Below, piece by piece: positions 39,399 through 50,168 of a DNA stretch of 64,000 bases. The stretch covers positions 82,296 to 146,295 of the forward strand of contig CAYPVK010000002.1 of NCBI GenBank assembly GCA_964414185.1, read 5' to 3'. This DNA comes from an uncultured Lactobacillales bacterium. GTDB taxonomy: Bacteria > Pseudomonadota > Alphaproteobacteria > CAAHEQ01 > UBA3637. Position 1 is the stretch's first letter. Every line of letters begins with the position of its first letter. Position numbers and translations under genes: made by a program. Under the pieces are notes generated by a model, which worked only from the letters and a program-made list of their open reading frames with translations, ran no database searches and was not told where the DNA came from.

Positions 39399-40910
39399 AT
39401 GCAAGTCGCAACATTCCCGAGACCGGAACTGATTCAAATGGCCGATACGTTGGCCAGAGAAAAAGGCATTACGAAAGAAGCCGTTTTGGAGGCTATGGAA
39501 CAAGGCATTTCCAAGGCCGGGCGTTCAAAATACGGCCCCGAATATGATATTCGTACGCAAATTGATTCCAAAACGGGCGCCATTACAATGGCCCGCTATA
39601 TCACGGTGGTTGAGGAAGTTGAAGACGAATTTACGCAAATGACTTTGGCAGATGCCCGTAAAAAAGACAAAACGTTAAAAGTCGGCGATGAAATCGTTGA
39701 CCCGTTGCCGCCGATGGATTTCGGACGTATTGCCGCCGGTACGGCCAAGCAAGTGATTATGCAAAAAGTGCGCGATGCCGAACGTTTGCAACAATACAAT
39801 GAAATGAAAGACAAAAAAGGCGAAATCGTCAACGGTACCGTTAAACGTGTCGAAGCGGGCAATTTGGTCGTTGAATTGGCCGGTCGCGTTGAAGCGATGT
39901 TGCGCCGCGACGAATTAATTCCGCGCGAAAATTACCGCGTCGGCGACCGTGTGCGCGCTTTGATTTTGGACGTGCGTTCGGAAATTAAAGGGCCTCAGGT
40001 GTTTTTGTCGCGTTCGCATCCCGATTTCTTGGCCAAGTTGTTTGTGGCCGAAGTGCCCGAAATTTATGACGGATTGATTGAAATCAAATCTGTGGCTCGC
40101 GACCCGGGTTCTCGTGCCAAAATCGCCGTTTGGTCGAAAGATTCTTCCGTCGATGCAAGGGGCGCTTGTATCGGTATGCGCGGTATCCGTGTCCAAGCGG
40201 TTGTGACCGAATTGCAAGGCGAAAAAATCGATGTTGTCAATTGGTCGGCCGACCCGGCGACATTTATCGTGAATGCTTTGGCACCGAATGAAGTGTTGAA
40301 AATCGTTATTGATGAAGAAGCCGGCAATGTCGAAGTCGTTTTGTCCGAAGAACAGTTGTCTTTGGCCATCGGGCGGCGCGGTCAAAATATCCGATTGGTT
40401 TCCCAATTGACGGGATGGCACATTGATATGATGAATGAAGCTCAAGAATCCGAACATCGTATCGCGGAAACAAAAGAACGCGTCGATTTGTTCATGCGCG
40501 CTTTGGACATTGACGATATGATGGCGCATATTTTGATACAGGAAGGTTTTGCCAAAGTCGAAGACATTGCCTTTATCGCGTTGGAAGAATTAACAAGCAT
40601 TGAAGGTTTTGACGAAGAATTGGCGACCGAATTGCAAAACCGCGCGAAAGCTTATTTAATTGCCGAACAAGAACGCCAAACGACAAAAGTTCAAGAATTG
40701 GCTGTTGCCGACGATTTGAAAAACTTTGACGGTTTGACGTTGGATATGGTTGTCAAATTGGGCGAAGCCGGCGTTAAAACATTGGATGATTTGGCTGATT
40801 TGGCCGGTGACGAATTGCAGGAAATCGTCGGTGACGCTTTAAGCGACACAGATGCAAACGCCATTATTATGAAAGCAAGGGAACATTGGTTTGAAAAGGA
40901 CGCACAATAA
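39399..40910 (+). CDS. nusA: Transcription termination/antitermination factor NusA
   Basis: 503 aa with S1 and KH domains and C-terminal acidic repeats, followed by infB in the conserved arrangement. Confidence 0.95.
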   Translation: MQVATFPRPELIQMADTLAREKGITKEAVLEAMEQGISKAGRSKYGPEYDIRTQIDSKTGAITMARYITVVEEVEDEFTQMTLADARKKDKTLKVGDEIVDPLPPMDFGRIAAGTAKQVIMQKVRDAERLQQYNEMKDKKGEIVNGTVKRVEAGNLVVELAGRVEAMLRRDELIPRENYRVGDRVRALILDVRSEIKGPQVFLSRSHPDFLAKLFVAEVPEIYDGLIEIKSVARDPGSRAKIAVWSKDSSVDARGACIGMRGIRVQAVVTELQGEKIDVVNWSADPATFIVNALAPNEVLKIVIDEEAGNVEVVLSEEQLSLAIGRRGQNIRLVSQLTGWHIDMMNEAQESEHRIAETKERVDLFMRALDIDDMMAHILIQEGFAKVEDIAFIALEELTSIEGFDEELATELQNRAKAYLIAEQERQTTKVQELAVADDLKNFDGLTLDMVVKLGEAGVKTLDDLADLAGDELQEIVGDALSDTDANAIIMKAREHWFEKDAQ

Positions 40911-41496
40911 ACATAAAACGCCCGACGGGCACAAAACATGCTTTGTCAGCAAGGAAACGTTTTTGCGTGAGGAGATGCTGCGCTTTGTGGTATCTGACGA
41001 TAAAACGGTTTTTTTTGATGCGGCCGAAAAATTGCCCGGGCGCGGCATGTGGCTGAAGGCCGATTATCGGACCTTAAAAAATGCTGTTGAAAAACGTATT
41101 TTTTTCAAGGCTGCCAAAGGGACGGTCAATATTCCCGCCGATTTGGTCGAACAAGTCGAAAATCAATTAAAAGGCAGAGTGTTGTCTTTGTTGGGATTGG
41201 CGCGTAAAGCGGGTGTGCTTGTTTTCGGGTATGAAGGCGTTAAAAAAGTATTGGCAGCGCATGAAGCCGTCTTGGCTTTTGAAGCGTCCGATTCGTCCGA
41301 ACGCGAACGCGATAAGTTATATCATTATGAAAAATTAAAGGTATATGATATTTTTACGCGCGAAGAATTGGGGCGTGTTGCCGGTACGGATGCCGTAGCG
41401 CATATGGTTGTGTCGGGCGGCAAGGTTGCCGACGAAATAAATCAAAATGTGCATAAATTAGTTTTATTTTTGCAAAGTAAAGGAGAAACGCTATGA
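40891..41496 (+). CDS. ylxR: YlxR (DUF448) RNA-binding protein fused to an L7Ae-like domain
   Basis: A KTCFVSKE...LRFVV motif (the YlxR RxC...LIRFV pattern) is followed by an L7Ae-like fold ([14 protein letters not shown]). It lies between nusA and infB. Confidence 0.7.
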   Translation: MKRTHNKHKTPDGHKTCFVSKETFLREEMLRFVVSDDKTVFFDAAEKLPGRGMWLKADYRTLKNAVEKRIFFKAAKGTVNIPADLVEQVENQLKGRVLSLLGLARKAGVLVFGYEGVKKVLAAHEAVLAFEASDSSERERDKLYHYEKLKVYDIFTREELGRVAGTDAVAHMVVSGGKVADEINQNVHKLVLFLQSKGETL

Positions 41497-43928
41497 CAGA
41501 TGGGAAAAAGCCGTTGACGTTGTCGGGGAAAACGTTGGAGCTTAAAAAGACTTTGACTTTGGGCGGCCAAGTGCGCCAAAATGTCGGCGCCGGCAAAAGC
41601 AACGTTGTTCAAGTGGAAGTGCGCAAAAAACGTGTCATTACGTCCGAACAAAGTACGCATAGCCTTTCAAAAGATGCTGCGGAAAAATTGAAATTGGTTC
41701 AGGAGGCCGAACGTGTTGCCGCTCATGCCCGAAAATTGGAAGAAGAACGCCAAGCCAAATTAAAAGCCGAACAAGAGGCACGTAAAAAAGCCGAAGAAGA
41801 AGCTGCCGAAATCGCCCGCAAAGAACAAGAAGCGGCCGCGGCCGTCGCCAATGTTCAAGAATTGCAAAAAACGGAAGAAGCGCCGAAAAAAGAAGCTAAA
41901 AAATTTGCCGATAAATCGTCATCCGATATGGGCGGATTCGACCGTAAAAAAGAAGAACGCGAAACGCAGGAACGCAGCTACAAAAACCGTTATGAAGAAC
42001 GCCGCAGTTCGGGCAAAATCAATGTGAACGCTTATGTCGGCGGTGATGATGACGATGATGAACAAGGCGGCCGCGGGCATCGCCGGTCATTGGCATCGAT
42101 TAAACGGGCGCGCGAAAAAGAAAGATTGAAACATTTGGAATCTTTAAAAACCGCCGAAAAAGTCGTGCGCGAAGTTGTTATCCCCGAAACGATTACCGTA
42201 CAGGAATTGGCTAACCGTATGTCCGAAAAAGGTGCAACGGTCGTTAAAGAATTGATGAAAATGGGCATGATGGTGACCATTACGCAAACCATTGATGCCG
42301 ATACCGCCGAATTGGTGGCAACGGAACTCGGCCACATTGTGAAACGTGTTGCCGAATCCGATGTCGAAGAGTTGTTGAAAACGCATGAAGACAAACCCGA
42401 AGAATTTATGCCGCGCCCGCCCGTCGTTACGGTGATGGGGCATGTTGACCACGGTAAAACGTCATTGTTGGATGCTTTGCGCCATGCAAACGTTGTCGCG
42501 GGCGAATCGGGCGGCATTACGCAACATATCGGTGCTTATCAGGTGGCTTTTAAAGACGGGCAAAAGGTCACGTTTATTGATACGCCGGGGCATGAAGCGT
42601 TTACTGCGATGCGTGCTCGTGGTGCCAAAGTGACGGATATTGTCGTGTTGGTTGTGGCAGCCAATGATTCGGTCATGCCGCAAACGGTGGAAGCCATTCA
42701 CCATGCCAAAGCGGCCGGCGTGCCGATTGTCGTGGCGATTAATAAAATCGATGTTGTCGGCGCCAATCCGAACAAAGTGCGCATGGATTTGTTAAATCAC
42801 GATGTTGTGGTTGAATCGATGGGCGGCGACGTGATGGATGTCGAAGTGTCGGCCAAACAAAAATTGAACTTGGACAAATTGATTGAAACAATTTTGTTGC
42901 AAGCGGAAGTTTTGGAACTTAAAGCTCCTGTCGAACGGTCGGCTGAAGGCGTTGTCGTGGAGGCCAAAATGGACAAAGGACGCGGGTCGGTTGCGACCGT
43001 TTTGGTGAACAAAGGCACGTTGCATGTCGGCGATATTTTCGTATCGGGGCAAGAATGGGGTCGCGTGCGTTCATTGTTCAACGATAAAGGCGAACGTGTC
43101 CAAACGGCCAAGCCCGCCGAGCCGGTTGAAGTTATCGGGTTGCAAGGGACGCCCGCCGCCGGCGACGATTTCGTCGTGGTCGATACGGAAGCTCAAGCGC
43201 GCGAAGTTTCGGGGTATCGTCAGCGCAAAGCCCGCGAAGCCATGCAGGTTAAAACTTTGGGCGGCGCCGAAGGGTTGTTTGCCAAAATTAAAGCCGGCGA
43301 AATTAAAGAATTGCCCGTTGTCATTAAGGGCGACGTGCAAGGGTCGGTTGAAGCGCTTAACGGCATCTTGTCCAAAATTGCCAATTCAGAAGTTAAGATT
43401 CGCATTTTGCACAGCGCGGTCGGTGCGATTAATGAATCCGACGTGACGTTGGCACGCGCCAGCAAGGCGATTATCATCGGCTTTAACGTGCGCGCAAATC
43501 CGACGGCACGCGAATTGGCCAAACGCGATGGTGTCGATATCCGTTATTATTCGATTATCTATGACGTTGCCGATGACATGAAGTTGGCGGTCGAAGGGTT
43601 GTTGTCGCCCGAATTGCGTGAAAAAGAATTGGGCATGGCCGAAGTGCGCCAAGTTATTTCTATTTCCAAAGTCGGCAAGGTTGCCGGTTCCATGGTTAAG
43701 GAAGGCTTGGTCAAACGCGGTGCCAAGGTACGTATTATTCGCGACGGCGTTGTCATTTATACGGGCGCGCTCAGCCAACTCAAACGCTTTAAAGATGACG
43801 TTAAAGAGGTCAAAGAAGGGTTTGATTGCGGCATGAGTTTTGAAAACTATGACGATGTCAAAGTCGGCGATATGATTGAATGTTACGAAATTGAAGAAAT
43901 CGCCGTCAAATTGAAATTGGACGCTTAA
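41493..43928 (+). CDS. infB: Translation initiation factor IF-2
   Basis: 811 aa with a charged low-complexity N-terminus, a G domain ([24 protein letters not shown]) and C-terminal beta-barrels. Confidence 0.95.
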   Translation: MTDGKKPLTLSGKTLELKKTLTLGGQVRQNVGAGKSNVVQVEVRKKRVITSEQSTHSLSKDAAEKLKLVQEAERVAAHARKLEEERQAKLKAEQEARKKAEEEAAEIARKEQEAAAAVANVQELQKTEEAPKKEAKKFADKSSSDMGGFDRKKEERETQERSYKNRYEERRSSGKINVNAYVGGDDDDDEQGGRGHRRSLASIKRAREKERLKHLESLKTAEKVVREVVIPETITVQELANRMSEKGATVVKELMKMGMMVTITQTIDADTAELVATELGHIVKRVAESDVEELLKTHEDKPEEFMPRPPVVTVMGHVDHGKTSLLDALRHANVVAGESGGITQHIGAYQVAFKDGQKVTFIDTPGHEAFTAMRARGAKVTDIVVLVVAANDSVMPQTVEAIHHAKAAGVPIVVAINKIDVVGANPNKVRMDLLNHDVVVESMGGDVMDVEVSAKQKLNLDKLIETILLQAEVLELKAPVERSAEGVVVEAKMDKGRGSVATVLVNKGTLHVGDIFVSGQEWGRVRSLFNDKGERVQTAKPAEPVEVIGLQGTPAAGDDFVVVDTEAQAREVSGYRQRKAREAMQVKTLGGAEGLFAKIKAGEIKELPVVIKGDVQGSVEALNGILSKIANSEVKIRILHSAVGAINESDVTLARASKAIIIGFNVRANPTARELAKRDGVDIRYYSIIYDVADDMKLAVEGLLSPELREKELGMAEVRQVISISKVGKVAGSMVKEGLVKRGAKVRIIRDGVVIYTGALSQLKRFKDDVKEVKEGFDCGMSFENYDDVKVGDMIECYEIEEIAVKLKLDA

Positions 43929-43945
43929 AAAAAAGGGGGAAAAAT

Positions 43946-44350
43946 ATGGCAAAAGATTTTGCATCCAAAGAGCCCTCTCAACGCCAATTGCGCGTGGCGG
44001 AAGAAATCCGCCATGTGTTGGCGCGGATGATGAGCCAAAACGATTTGTTTATCGAAGGGTTAAAGCCTGCGTATATCATGATTACGCAAGTTAAAATTTC
44101 GCCCGATTTGGCATATGCAACCGTTTTTGTCCGCGGTATCGGCGATGTCGATACAAATACCCAAGTGGATTTGTTAAACGCCCATAAGGGGCCGTTTCGC
44201 AAAGCGGTGGGAAAACAAGTGCGTTTGCGTATCGTGCCGCAATTGATTTTTTTGCAAGACAACAGTTTTGACGAAGCGTCGCATATTGCCGATTTACTCA
44301 ATAACCCGGTGGTTAAAGCCGATATTGAAAAATATAAGGATGAAGAATAG
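43946..44350 (+). CDS. rbfA: Ribosome-binding factor A
   Basis: 134 aa, RQLRVAEEIRHVLARMM, a KH-like fold typical of RbfA. Confidence 0.88.
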   Translation: MAKDFASKEPSQRQLRVAEEIRHVLARMMSQNDLFIEGLKPAYIMITQVKISPDLAYATVFVRGIGDVDTNTQVDLLNAHKGPFRKAVGKQVRLRIVPQLIFLQDNSFDEASHIADLLNNPVVKADIEKYKDEE

Positions 44351-44360
44351 GGGAAAATGC

Positions 44361-44963
44361 ATGGCATTATCGGAGCAAATTAATTTGACGGTCGACCAAT
44401 TGGCGCCGTTTGCCAAGTTGCCGATGCCGTTTGATTGGCAACAAGTTAGCATGCAATTAAACCACGCCGACAAACGGCATATATCGTATTGTTTTGTTGT
44501 CCAAACCGATATGGGCGAACAAAGTGTTGGGACGGTGGCTTTTGATAAAACGGATGTGCCGCGGTTTTATGAACAAGACGGCAATGTGCAAAAAATTGAC
44601 GGCGCGCATTGGGAACAAGCGATTGTCATGCACGATGAAGAAGGGGTTCATTACGGATCGTACGGTTTGACAATGGCCGGTGTATTGGCTGTCAGCCGCC
44701 ATTTGTGCGATACGGGTTTAAGGGATGATGTTTTGGTTGTTCGTACGGACGAATCGAACATAGCGGCGCAAAAATTTTATCGTAAAGCGGGATTGGTTTG
44801 GCATCCGGAATTTCAACCCTATGCCGATAAAAAAGGAAATACCGAATTAATTCCGACGCCGGGGCGGATGTTGAAAACAACGCTCGCCGAATCGGTAAAA
44901 GGTATGGAAAAATACCGCCGGACAAATGTGGCTTTGCCCAAAATGTTGGCGCGCGGCCGCTGA
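44361..44963 (+). CDS. Divergent GNAT-fold acetyltransferase-like protein, paralogue A
   Basis: It has a CoA-binding-like segment (YGSYGLTMAG...VLVVRTDESNIAAQKFYRKAGLVW), which is the GNAT motif A/B pattern. It is a clear paralogue of the gene at 45861-46484, sharing KLPxxF and HWExxIxxxD...YGxYGLTM...NIAxxKF. Confidence 0.6.
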   Translation: MALSEQINLTVDQLAPFAKLPMPFDWQQVSMQLNHADKRHISYCFVVQTDMGEQSVGTVAFDKTDVPRFYEQDGNVQKIDGAHWEQAIVMHDEEGVHYGSYGLTMAGVLAVSRHLCDTGLRDDVLVVRTDESNIAAQKFYRKAGLVWHPEFQPYADKKGNTELIPTPGRMLKTTLAESVKGMEKYRRTNVALPKMLARGR

Positions 44964-45067
44964 CAAACGCAAAAAACAACCTTTAAAGCGTTTAAGATAT
45001 AAACATTTTGGCATTTTTATTAAAAATATGTTATTATTTTAAATATATTTTAAAGGAAAAGAGGCGC

Positions 45068-45859
45068 ATGGCTTTTAAAAAACAAATTGATTTGGATTTG
45101 ACGGATGTTCAAGCGTTTGCCGTCCAACCGTGTGAGTTGCCCGAAGCGCTTTATTTGCGGCGTTTTGAAGATTATGACGAACAAGCTTTGTTGGATTTTT
45201 ACCGTCAAAACGCAGATGTTCCGTTTTTCGGCATAACGCCGGAATTTAAAGGAAACGATTTTGCTTTGCAACGCGAACAAATGGCGAAATTTATCGATTA
45301 TTATAAGACGGCTTTTGAAAAACAAGCAGCCTTTCATTACGGATTGTTCGAAAAAACGAAAGGTGTTGAAAAGCTTGTCGGCCGTTTGGGATTGACGCCG
45401 AGGTACAAAATCATTACATCAAAAGAAAATCGGACGGGTGACGGTGTTCGGGAACTTGAAACGGTTGATATCGTTGTGTTTATCGACCAATCGGCTTCGT
45501 TTTCTTATGGCAAAAAAGGGTATACGAAAGCGGCCGTTTATGCGCTGCTTAATGAAGCATTTCGAAACGGACATCAAAAAATTGATGCCGTTATCGATAA
45601 AAAGAATGCGCGGTCGATAAAATTTTTTAAAGGTTTAGGGTTTGATTTTCCAATGCAAAAGCGCACGATTATCAATATACAGGGCCGCGGGCGTTATTTT
45701 GACGTCAATTTACAAAATTTCCATACGGCGCACGGGATTGTCCCCGAAATTTTAAGCCGCCTTGACGGTTTGAGAAAAAATCCGATGAACGAAGTGGCCG
45801 GCGATAAAAAAAGAACGGGCGCAAAAACTTTTTTGCCGCGAAATAATCAAAGGGGGTAG
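45068..45859 (+). CDS. GNAT-fold acetyltransferase-like protein, paralogue B (more divergent)
   Basis: Its C-terminal motif GKKGYTKAAVYALLNEAFRNGHQKIDAVIDKKNARSIKFFKGLGFDF is a canonical GNAT motif A/B. A ribosome-binding site (aaaggaaaagagg) lies upstream of the ATG at 45068. Confidence 0.6.
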   Translation: MAFKKQIDLDLTDVQAFAVQPCELPEALYLRRFEDYDEQALLDFYRQNADVPFFGITPEFKGNDFALQREQMAKFIDYYKTAFEKQAAFHYGLFEKTKGVEKLVGRLGLTPRYKIITSKENRTGDGVRELETVDIVVFIDQSASFSYGKKGYTKAAVYALLNEAFRNGHQKIDAVIDKKNARSIKFFKGLGFDFPMQKRTIINIQGRGRYFDVNLQNFHTAHGIVPEILSRLDGLRKNPMNEVAGDKKRTGAKTFLPRNNQRG

Positions 45860-45860
45860 A

Positions 45861-46484
45861 ATGTCATTTGCACAAATGGTTCCAATTGAAAAAGCATTGC
45901 TTGAAAAATATGCGCATATAAAATTGCCGGCCGATTTTCAAGGGGCTTATTTAAAAACCTATGATGAAGTACCGGGGCGGTTTATCGGGTATGACATTAT
46001 GTGGCGCCAAGGCGGCCGCATCTATAATGCCGGCAATATCAGCGTCACAAAAAGGTTATTGGAACCGTTTGTCAAAGATTGTAAAGGCGATGTGCATCAA
46101 CTGACAGGCCCGCATTGGGACAGGCATATTATTATATTCGATTCGAAAAGTCCGAATAAAGAACGATACGGGCGGTATGGTTTGACAATGTCGGCTCTTT
46201 ATAAATTTACCGAACAGTTGGCGCAAAACGGTATTGATAAAACTTTCAGCATTATTAAGGAAAATAACATCGCGTCGCTTAAATTTTCACAGAAATTTTT
46301 AGGGGTGGCAAATCGTCTGCGTGTTGTGGAAGAAGAAATTAATGCCTTTGGTAAAACGGTTTATAAAGAACAACCCATTTTTATTTATGATACGCCGGTA
46401 AAAGAAACGCTGGCGAAATTAGACGCATACACTACCCCCCCCAATTTGCGGTTAAAAAAGTTGTCGGAGCATCGCGGTAAATGA
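45861..46484 (+). CDS. Divergent GNAT-fold acetyltransferase-like protein, paralogue C
   Basis: It reads RYGRYGLTMSALYKFTEQLAQNGIDKTFSIIKENNIASLKFSQKFLG and is a paralogue of A. It starts 2 bp after B and overlaps truB by 4 bp. Confidence 0.6.
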   Translation: MSFAQMVPIEKALLEKYAHIKLPADFQGAYLKTYDEVPGRFIGYDIMWRQGGRIYNAGNISVTKRLLEPFVKDCKGDVHQLTGPHWDRHIIIFDSKSPNKERYGRYGLTMSALYKFTEQLAQNGIDKTFSIIKENNIASLKFSQKFLGVANRLRVVEEEINAFGKTVYKEQPIFIYDTPVKETLAKLDAYTTPPNLRLKKLSEHRGK

Positions 46485-47404
46485 ACAAAATTCAAAACGA
46501 TTTAAACGGTTGGTTGATTATTGACAAAGAATACGGTATGGGTTCCACGCAAGTGGTCGGCAAACTCAAATGGTTGTTAAAACCGAAAAAAATCGGGCAT
46601 GCCGGCACGCTTGACCCGTTGGCAACCGGCGTGTTGCCGATTGCGCTTGGCAAAGCGACCAAGACGATTCCTTATGTGACGGACGGGTCGAAAACATATG
46701 AATTCGCCGTCAAGTGGGGTGCCGAAACGTCAACGGATGATGTTCAAGGGGACGTTGTTTTGACTTCGGATAAACGCCCGACAATGGCTCAAATAGAAGA
46801 AATGTTGTCGCATTTTATCGGCGATATCACGCAAATACCGCCCAAGTATTCGGCGCTTAAAATCAACGGCAAACGCGCTTATGAATTGGCGCGTGCGGGG
46901 CAAGAAGTGGACATCAAACCGCGCCGCATTCATATTGAAAATTTAAAAATTCTGCATCATGACGATATAAAGGGGGAAACGCATTTTGAAGTAAATTGTT
47001 CGAAAGGCACATATGTGCGCACTATCGGGCACGACATGGGGCGGCATTTAGGGTGCTTCGGGCATATTGTAAAGTTGCGCCGTACCAAATGCGGGCCGTT
47101 TAAAATCACGGATGCGATTTTGCTTGCAAAATTGGAAAAAAATGATTATAATTCGAACGCTTGCGGTATTTTGCCCTTGGGAACCGCACTGGGCGACATC
47201 CCGGTGCTGGCGGTAAACAAGGAAGAAGTCGCACTTTTGATACAAGGCCGGCCGATTTTATCGAAAGGCAGGGCGCAAAACAAAAAGGTCACGGCCGAAA
47301 ATGTTTTCGCGCTTCAATATTTGAATCAAATGATGGCATTGGCAAAGCTTGAAGACGGCATGCTTAAACCGTTCAAAGTTTTGTCCGATTGTTTAAATGA
47401 ATAA
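46481..47404 (+). CDS. truB: tRNA pseudouridine(55) synthase
   Basis: It has a catalytic Asp motif (GHAGTLDPLATGVLPIALGKATK) and a C-terminal PUA domain. Confidence 0.93.
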   Translation: MNKIQNDLNGWLIIDKEYGMGSTQVVGKLKWLLKPKKIGHAGTLDPLATGVLPIALGKATKTIPYVTDGSKTYEFAVKWGAETSTDDVQGDVVLTSDKRPTMAQIEEMLSHFIGDITQIPPKYSALKINGKRAYELARAGQEVDIKPRRIHIENLKILHHDDIKGETHFEVNCSKGTYVRTIGHDMGRHLGCFGHIVKLRRTKCGPFKITDAILLAKLEKNDYNSNACGILPLGTALGDIPVLAVNKEEVALLIQGRPILSKGRAQNKKVTAENVFALQYLNQMMALAKLEDGMLKPFKVLSDCLNE

Positions 47405-47425
47405 AATTAAAGAAAGGTAAAAAAG

Positions 47426-47695
47426 ATGTCGATCAGCAAAGAAAAAAAGCAACAAATCATTAAAGAATATGCCAAAACGCCTGCGGACACGGGTTCTGCC
47501 GATGTTCAAGTCGCCATTTTGTCGGCTGAAATTGAAGAATTGTCCGAACACATGAAAGTCCACAAAAAAGACTTCCATTCCCGCCGCGGATTGTTGGCAA
47601 AAGTTGCCAATCGCCGCAGATTGTTGGCTTATATCAAAAGACAAGATCAAGCCAGATACGAAGAATTGATTTCGAAATTAAATCTGCGTAAGTAA
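47426..47695 (+). CDS. rpsO: 30S ribosomal protein S15
   Basis: 89 aa, MSISKEKKQQIIKEYAKTPADTGSADVQVAIL...; canonical S15. Confidence 0.95.
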   Translation: MSISKEKKQQIIKEYAKTPADTGSADVQVAILSAEIEELSEHMKVHKKDFHSRRGLLAKVANRRRLLAYIKRQDQARYEELISKLNLRK

Positions 47696-47705
47696 GTGTT
47701 TTTAA

Positions 47706-47745
47706 GGGAAGGCTTTAAGAATTTTTTTAAGGCCTTCTTTTAAAA
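47706..47745 (+). terminator. rpsO terminator hairpin at the start of the pnp leader region
   Basis: gaaggctttaa-gaattttt-ttaaggccttc forms an 11-bp stem with one mismatch and is followed by ttttaaaaaaaa. It is followed by a ~165-nt untranslated leader before pnp. Confidence 0.65.
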
Positions 47746-47910
47746 AAAAGGTTTCGAAATCGGAATTGTTAACCTCTGACTTTTTAGGCCGATTATTTTA
47801 AAAGTCGCACAAATCGTATCGGGGAAATCGATAAAACAGTCGCCCCAAAAAGCTGGAGAGTTAACCGAGATTGAAATGATAAAACAAAATTATTAAAAGG
47901 AAAAAATATT

Positions 47911-50085
47911 ATGAGTATGTTTACGACATTTAAAAAAGAAATCGAATGGGGTGGCAAAACGTTGTCCGTAGAGACCGGGAAAATTGCCCGCCAAGCCGAA
48001 GGTTCCGTTATCGTGCGTTACGGTGATACGGTTGTTCATGCCGCCGTTGCCGCTAAAAAAGAAACGCCCGAAACGTTTGAAGATTTTATTCCGTTGACGG
48101 TTAACTATATTGAAAAAGCGTATGCCGCCGGACGTATTCCGGGGGGCTTTTTCAAACGCGAAGCCAAACCCAGCGAATACGAAATTTTGGTTTCCCGCTT
48201 AATCGACCGTCCGATTCGCCCCTTGTTCGCCAAAGGCTATAACAATGATACGCAAATTACATGTACGCTTATCAGCTATGACGGACAAACGCAAAGCGAT
48301 ATCGTTGCGATGATTGCCGCATCGGCCGCTTTGACGATTTCGGGCTTGCCGTTTTTAGGCCCCATCGCCGGTGCCAGAATTGGTTACATTAACGGTCAAT
48401 ATGCGTTGAATCCGTCTGTTGACGCGATGAAAGATTCCGCATTGGATTTGGTTGTCGCGGGTACTGCCCAAGGCGTTTTGATGGTGGAATCCGAAGCCAA
48501 AGAATTGTCCGAAGAAGTCATGCTCGGTGCGGTGGAATTCGGTCACGAATCCATTAAGCCCGTTATCGACATGATTATCGCTTTGGCCGAAGAATGCGCC
48601 AAGGAACCTTGGGAAGTCAAAGAAGAACCCGCCGAATATGAAACGGTGCGCGCTCAAATCATGGAAAAATTGGGCGATGAAATCAAGGCCGATTACAAAA
48701 TCCACAATAAATTGGAACGTCAAGACGCCATTCACGCGACTCGTGAAAAAGCGCGCGCTTTGTTTGAAGAAAACGAAGCCGAAGCGGCTATTGTCGATAA
48801 AGTTTTCCACGCGATTGAAGCTCGCATTTTGCGCGATGCCGTTTTGGATACCGGTGTACGCATTGACGGGCGCGATACGAAAACGATTCGCCCGATTGAA
48901 TGTCAAGTCGGTTTATTGCCCAAAACGCACGGGTCGGCTTTGTTTACGCGCGGCGAAACGCAAGCTATGGTTGTCGCCACTTTGGGAACGGGCGAAGACG
49001 AACAAATTATGGATACGCTCAACGGCGAATATAAAGAAACATTCTTATTGCATTACAATTTCCCGCCGTATTCGGTCGGCGAAACGGGTCGTATCGGCGC
49101 CCCCGGCAGACGCGAAATCGGGCACGGCAAATTGGCTTGGCGCGCGATTCATCCGATGATGCCGAGCAAGGAAGAATTCCCGTACACGGTACGCGTGGTT
49201 TCCGAAATCATGGAATCGAACGGGTCTTCGTCAATGGCAACCGTTTGCGGATCGACTTTGTCGTTGATGGATGCGGGCGTGCCGATGAAAAAGCCGGTGG
49301 CCGGTATTGCGATGGGATTGATTAAAGAAGGCGACCGTTTCACGGTTTTGTCCGATATCTTGGGTGATGAAGACCACTTGGGCGATATGGACTTTAAAGT
49401 TGCCGGTACGAAAGACGGCGTGACCGCGTTGCAAATGGATATTAAAATTACGTCCATTACGTTTGAAATTATGAAAATCGCGTTGGCACAAGCGTTGGAA
49501 GGCCGCATGCATATCCTTGGCAAAATGGCCGAAGTGTTGCCCGCTCCGCGCAGTGAAATCAGTCCGAATGCCCCGCGCATTATTTCAATGAAAATCGATA
49601 AAGAAAAAATCCGTGACGTTATCGGCACGGGCGGTAAAGTCATTCGTGAAATCGTTGAAAAAACAGGTGCTAAAATTGATATTGACGATGACGGCAATGT
49701 TAATATCGCTTCCGTTTGCGGCGAATCGGGACAAGCGGCTTTGCAATGGATTAAAGGCATTGTCGAAGAACCCGAAGTCGGCAACATTTATGACGGTACG
49801 GTCGTCAAAATCATGGATTTCGGCGCATTTGTGAACTTCATGGGTTCGCGCGACGGATTGGTCCATATTTCCGAGATGGCTCCGAATCGCGTTGAAAAAG
49901 TAACCGATGTCGTTAAAGAAGGCGATAAAGTCAAGGTCAAATACTTAGGCGCCGATAACCGCGGCAAAATGAAATTGTCGATGAAACGCGTCAATCAGGA
50001 AACGGGCGAAGAAATCCCGTTCGAAGACAAGGCGCGTGACGGCGAACGCAAAAAACATCGTCATAAAGAAGGCGATGCCGAATAA
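47911..50085 (+). CDS. pnp: Polyribonucleotide nucleotidyltransferase (PNPase)
   Basis: 724 aa with two RNase PH domains, a KH domain and an S1 domain, plus a basic C-terminal tail. Confidence 0.95.
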   Translation: MSMFTTFKKEIEWGGKTLSVETGKIARQAEGSVIVRYGDTVVHAAVAAKKETPETFEDFIPLTVNYIEKAYAAGRIPGGFFKREAKPSEYEILVSRLIDRPIRPLFAKGYNNDTQITCTLISYDGQTQSDIVAMIAASAALTISGLPFLGPIAGARIGYINGQYALNPSVDAMKDSALDLVVAGTAQGVLMVESEAKELSEEVMLGAVEFGHESIKPVIDMIIALAEECAKEPWEVKEEPAEYETVRAQIMEKLGDEIKADYKIHNKLERQDAIHATREKARALFEENEAEAAIVDKVFHAIEARILRDAVLDTGVRIDGRDTKTIRPIECQVGLLPKTHGSALFTRGETQAMVVATLGTGEDEQIMDTLNGEYKETFLLHYNFPPYSVGETGRIGAPGRREIGHGKLAWRAIHPMMPSKEEFPYTVRVVSEIMESNGSSSMATVCGSTLSLMDAGVPMKKPVAGIAMGLIKEGDRFTVLSDILGDEDHLGDMDFKVAGTKDGVTALQMDIKITSITFEIMKIALAQALEGRMHILGKMAEVLPAPRSEISPNAPRIISMKIDKEKIRDVIGTGGKVIREIVEKTGAKIDIDDDGNVNIASVCGESGQAALQWIKGIVEEPEVGNIYDGTVVKIMDFGAFVNFMGSRDGLVHISEMAPNRVEKVTDVVKEGDKVKVKYLGADNRGKMKLSMKRVNQETGEEIPFEDKARDGERKKHRHKEGDAE

Positions 50086-50094
50086 GAGATGTCA

Positions 50095-50130
50095 GTAAAA
50101 AAACGAGATGAAAGTCTCGTTTTTTTATTT
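50095..50130 (+). terminator. Rho-independent terminator after pnp
   Basis: acgaga-tgaaag-tctcgt followed by a T8 run. Confidence 0.75.
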
Positions 50131-50168
50131 TAAGATAAAATCAATTTAAAAAATTTATCGGAGAGTAC

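Noticed and set aside
42032-43964. Minus-strand ORFs of 161-192 aa within infB
   Set aside because: They are antisense shadows of IF-2.
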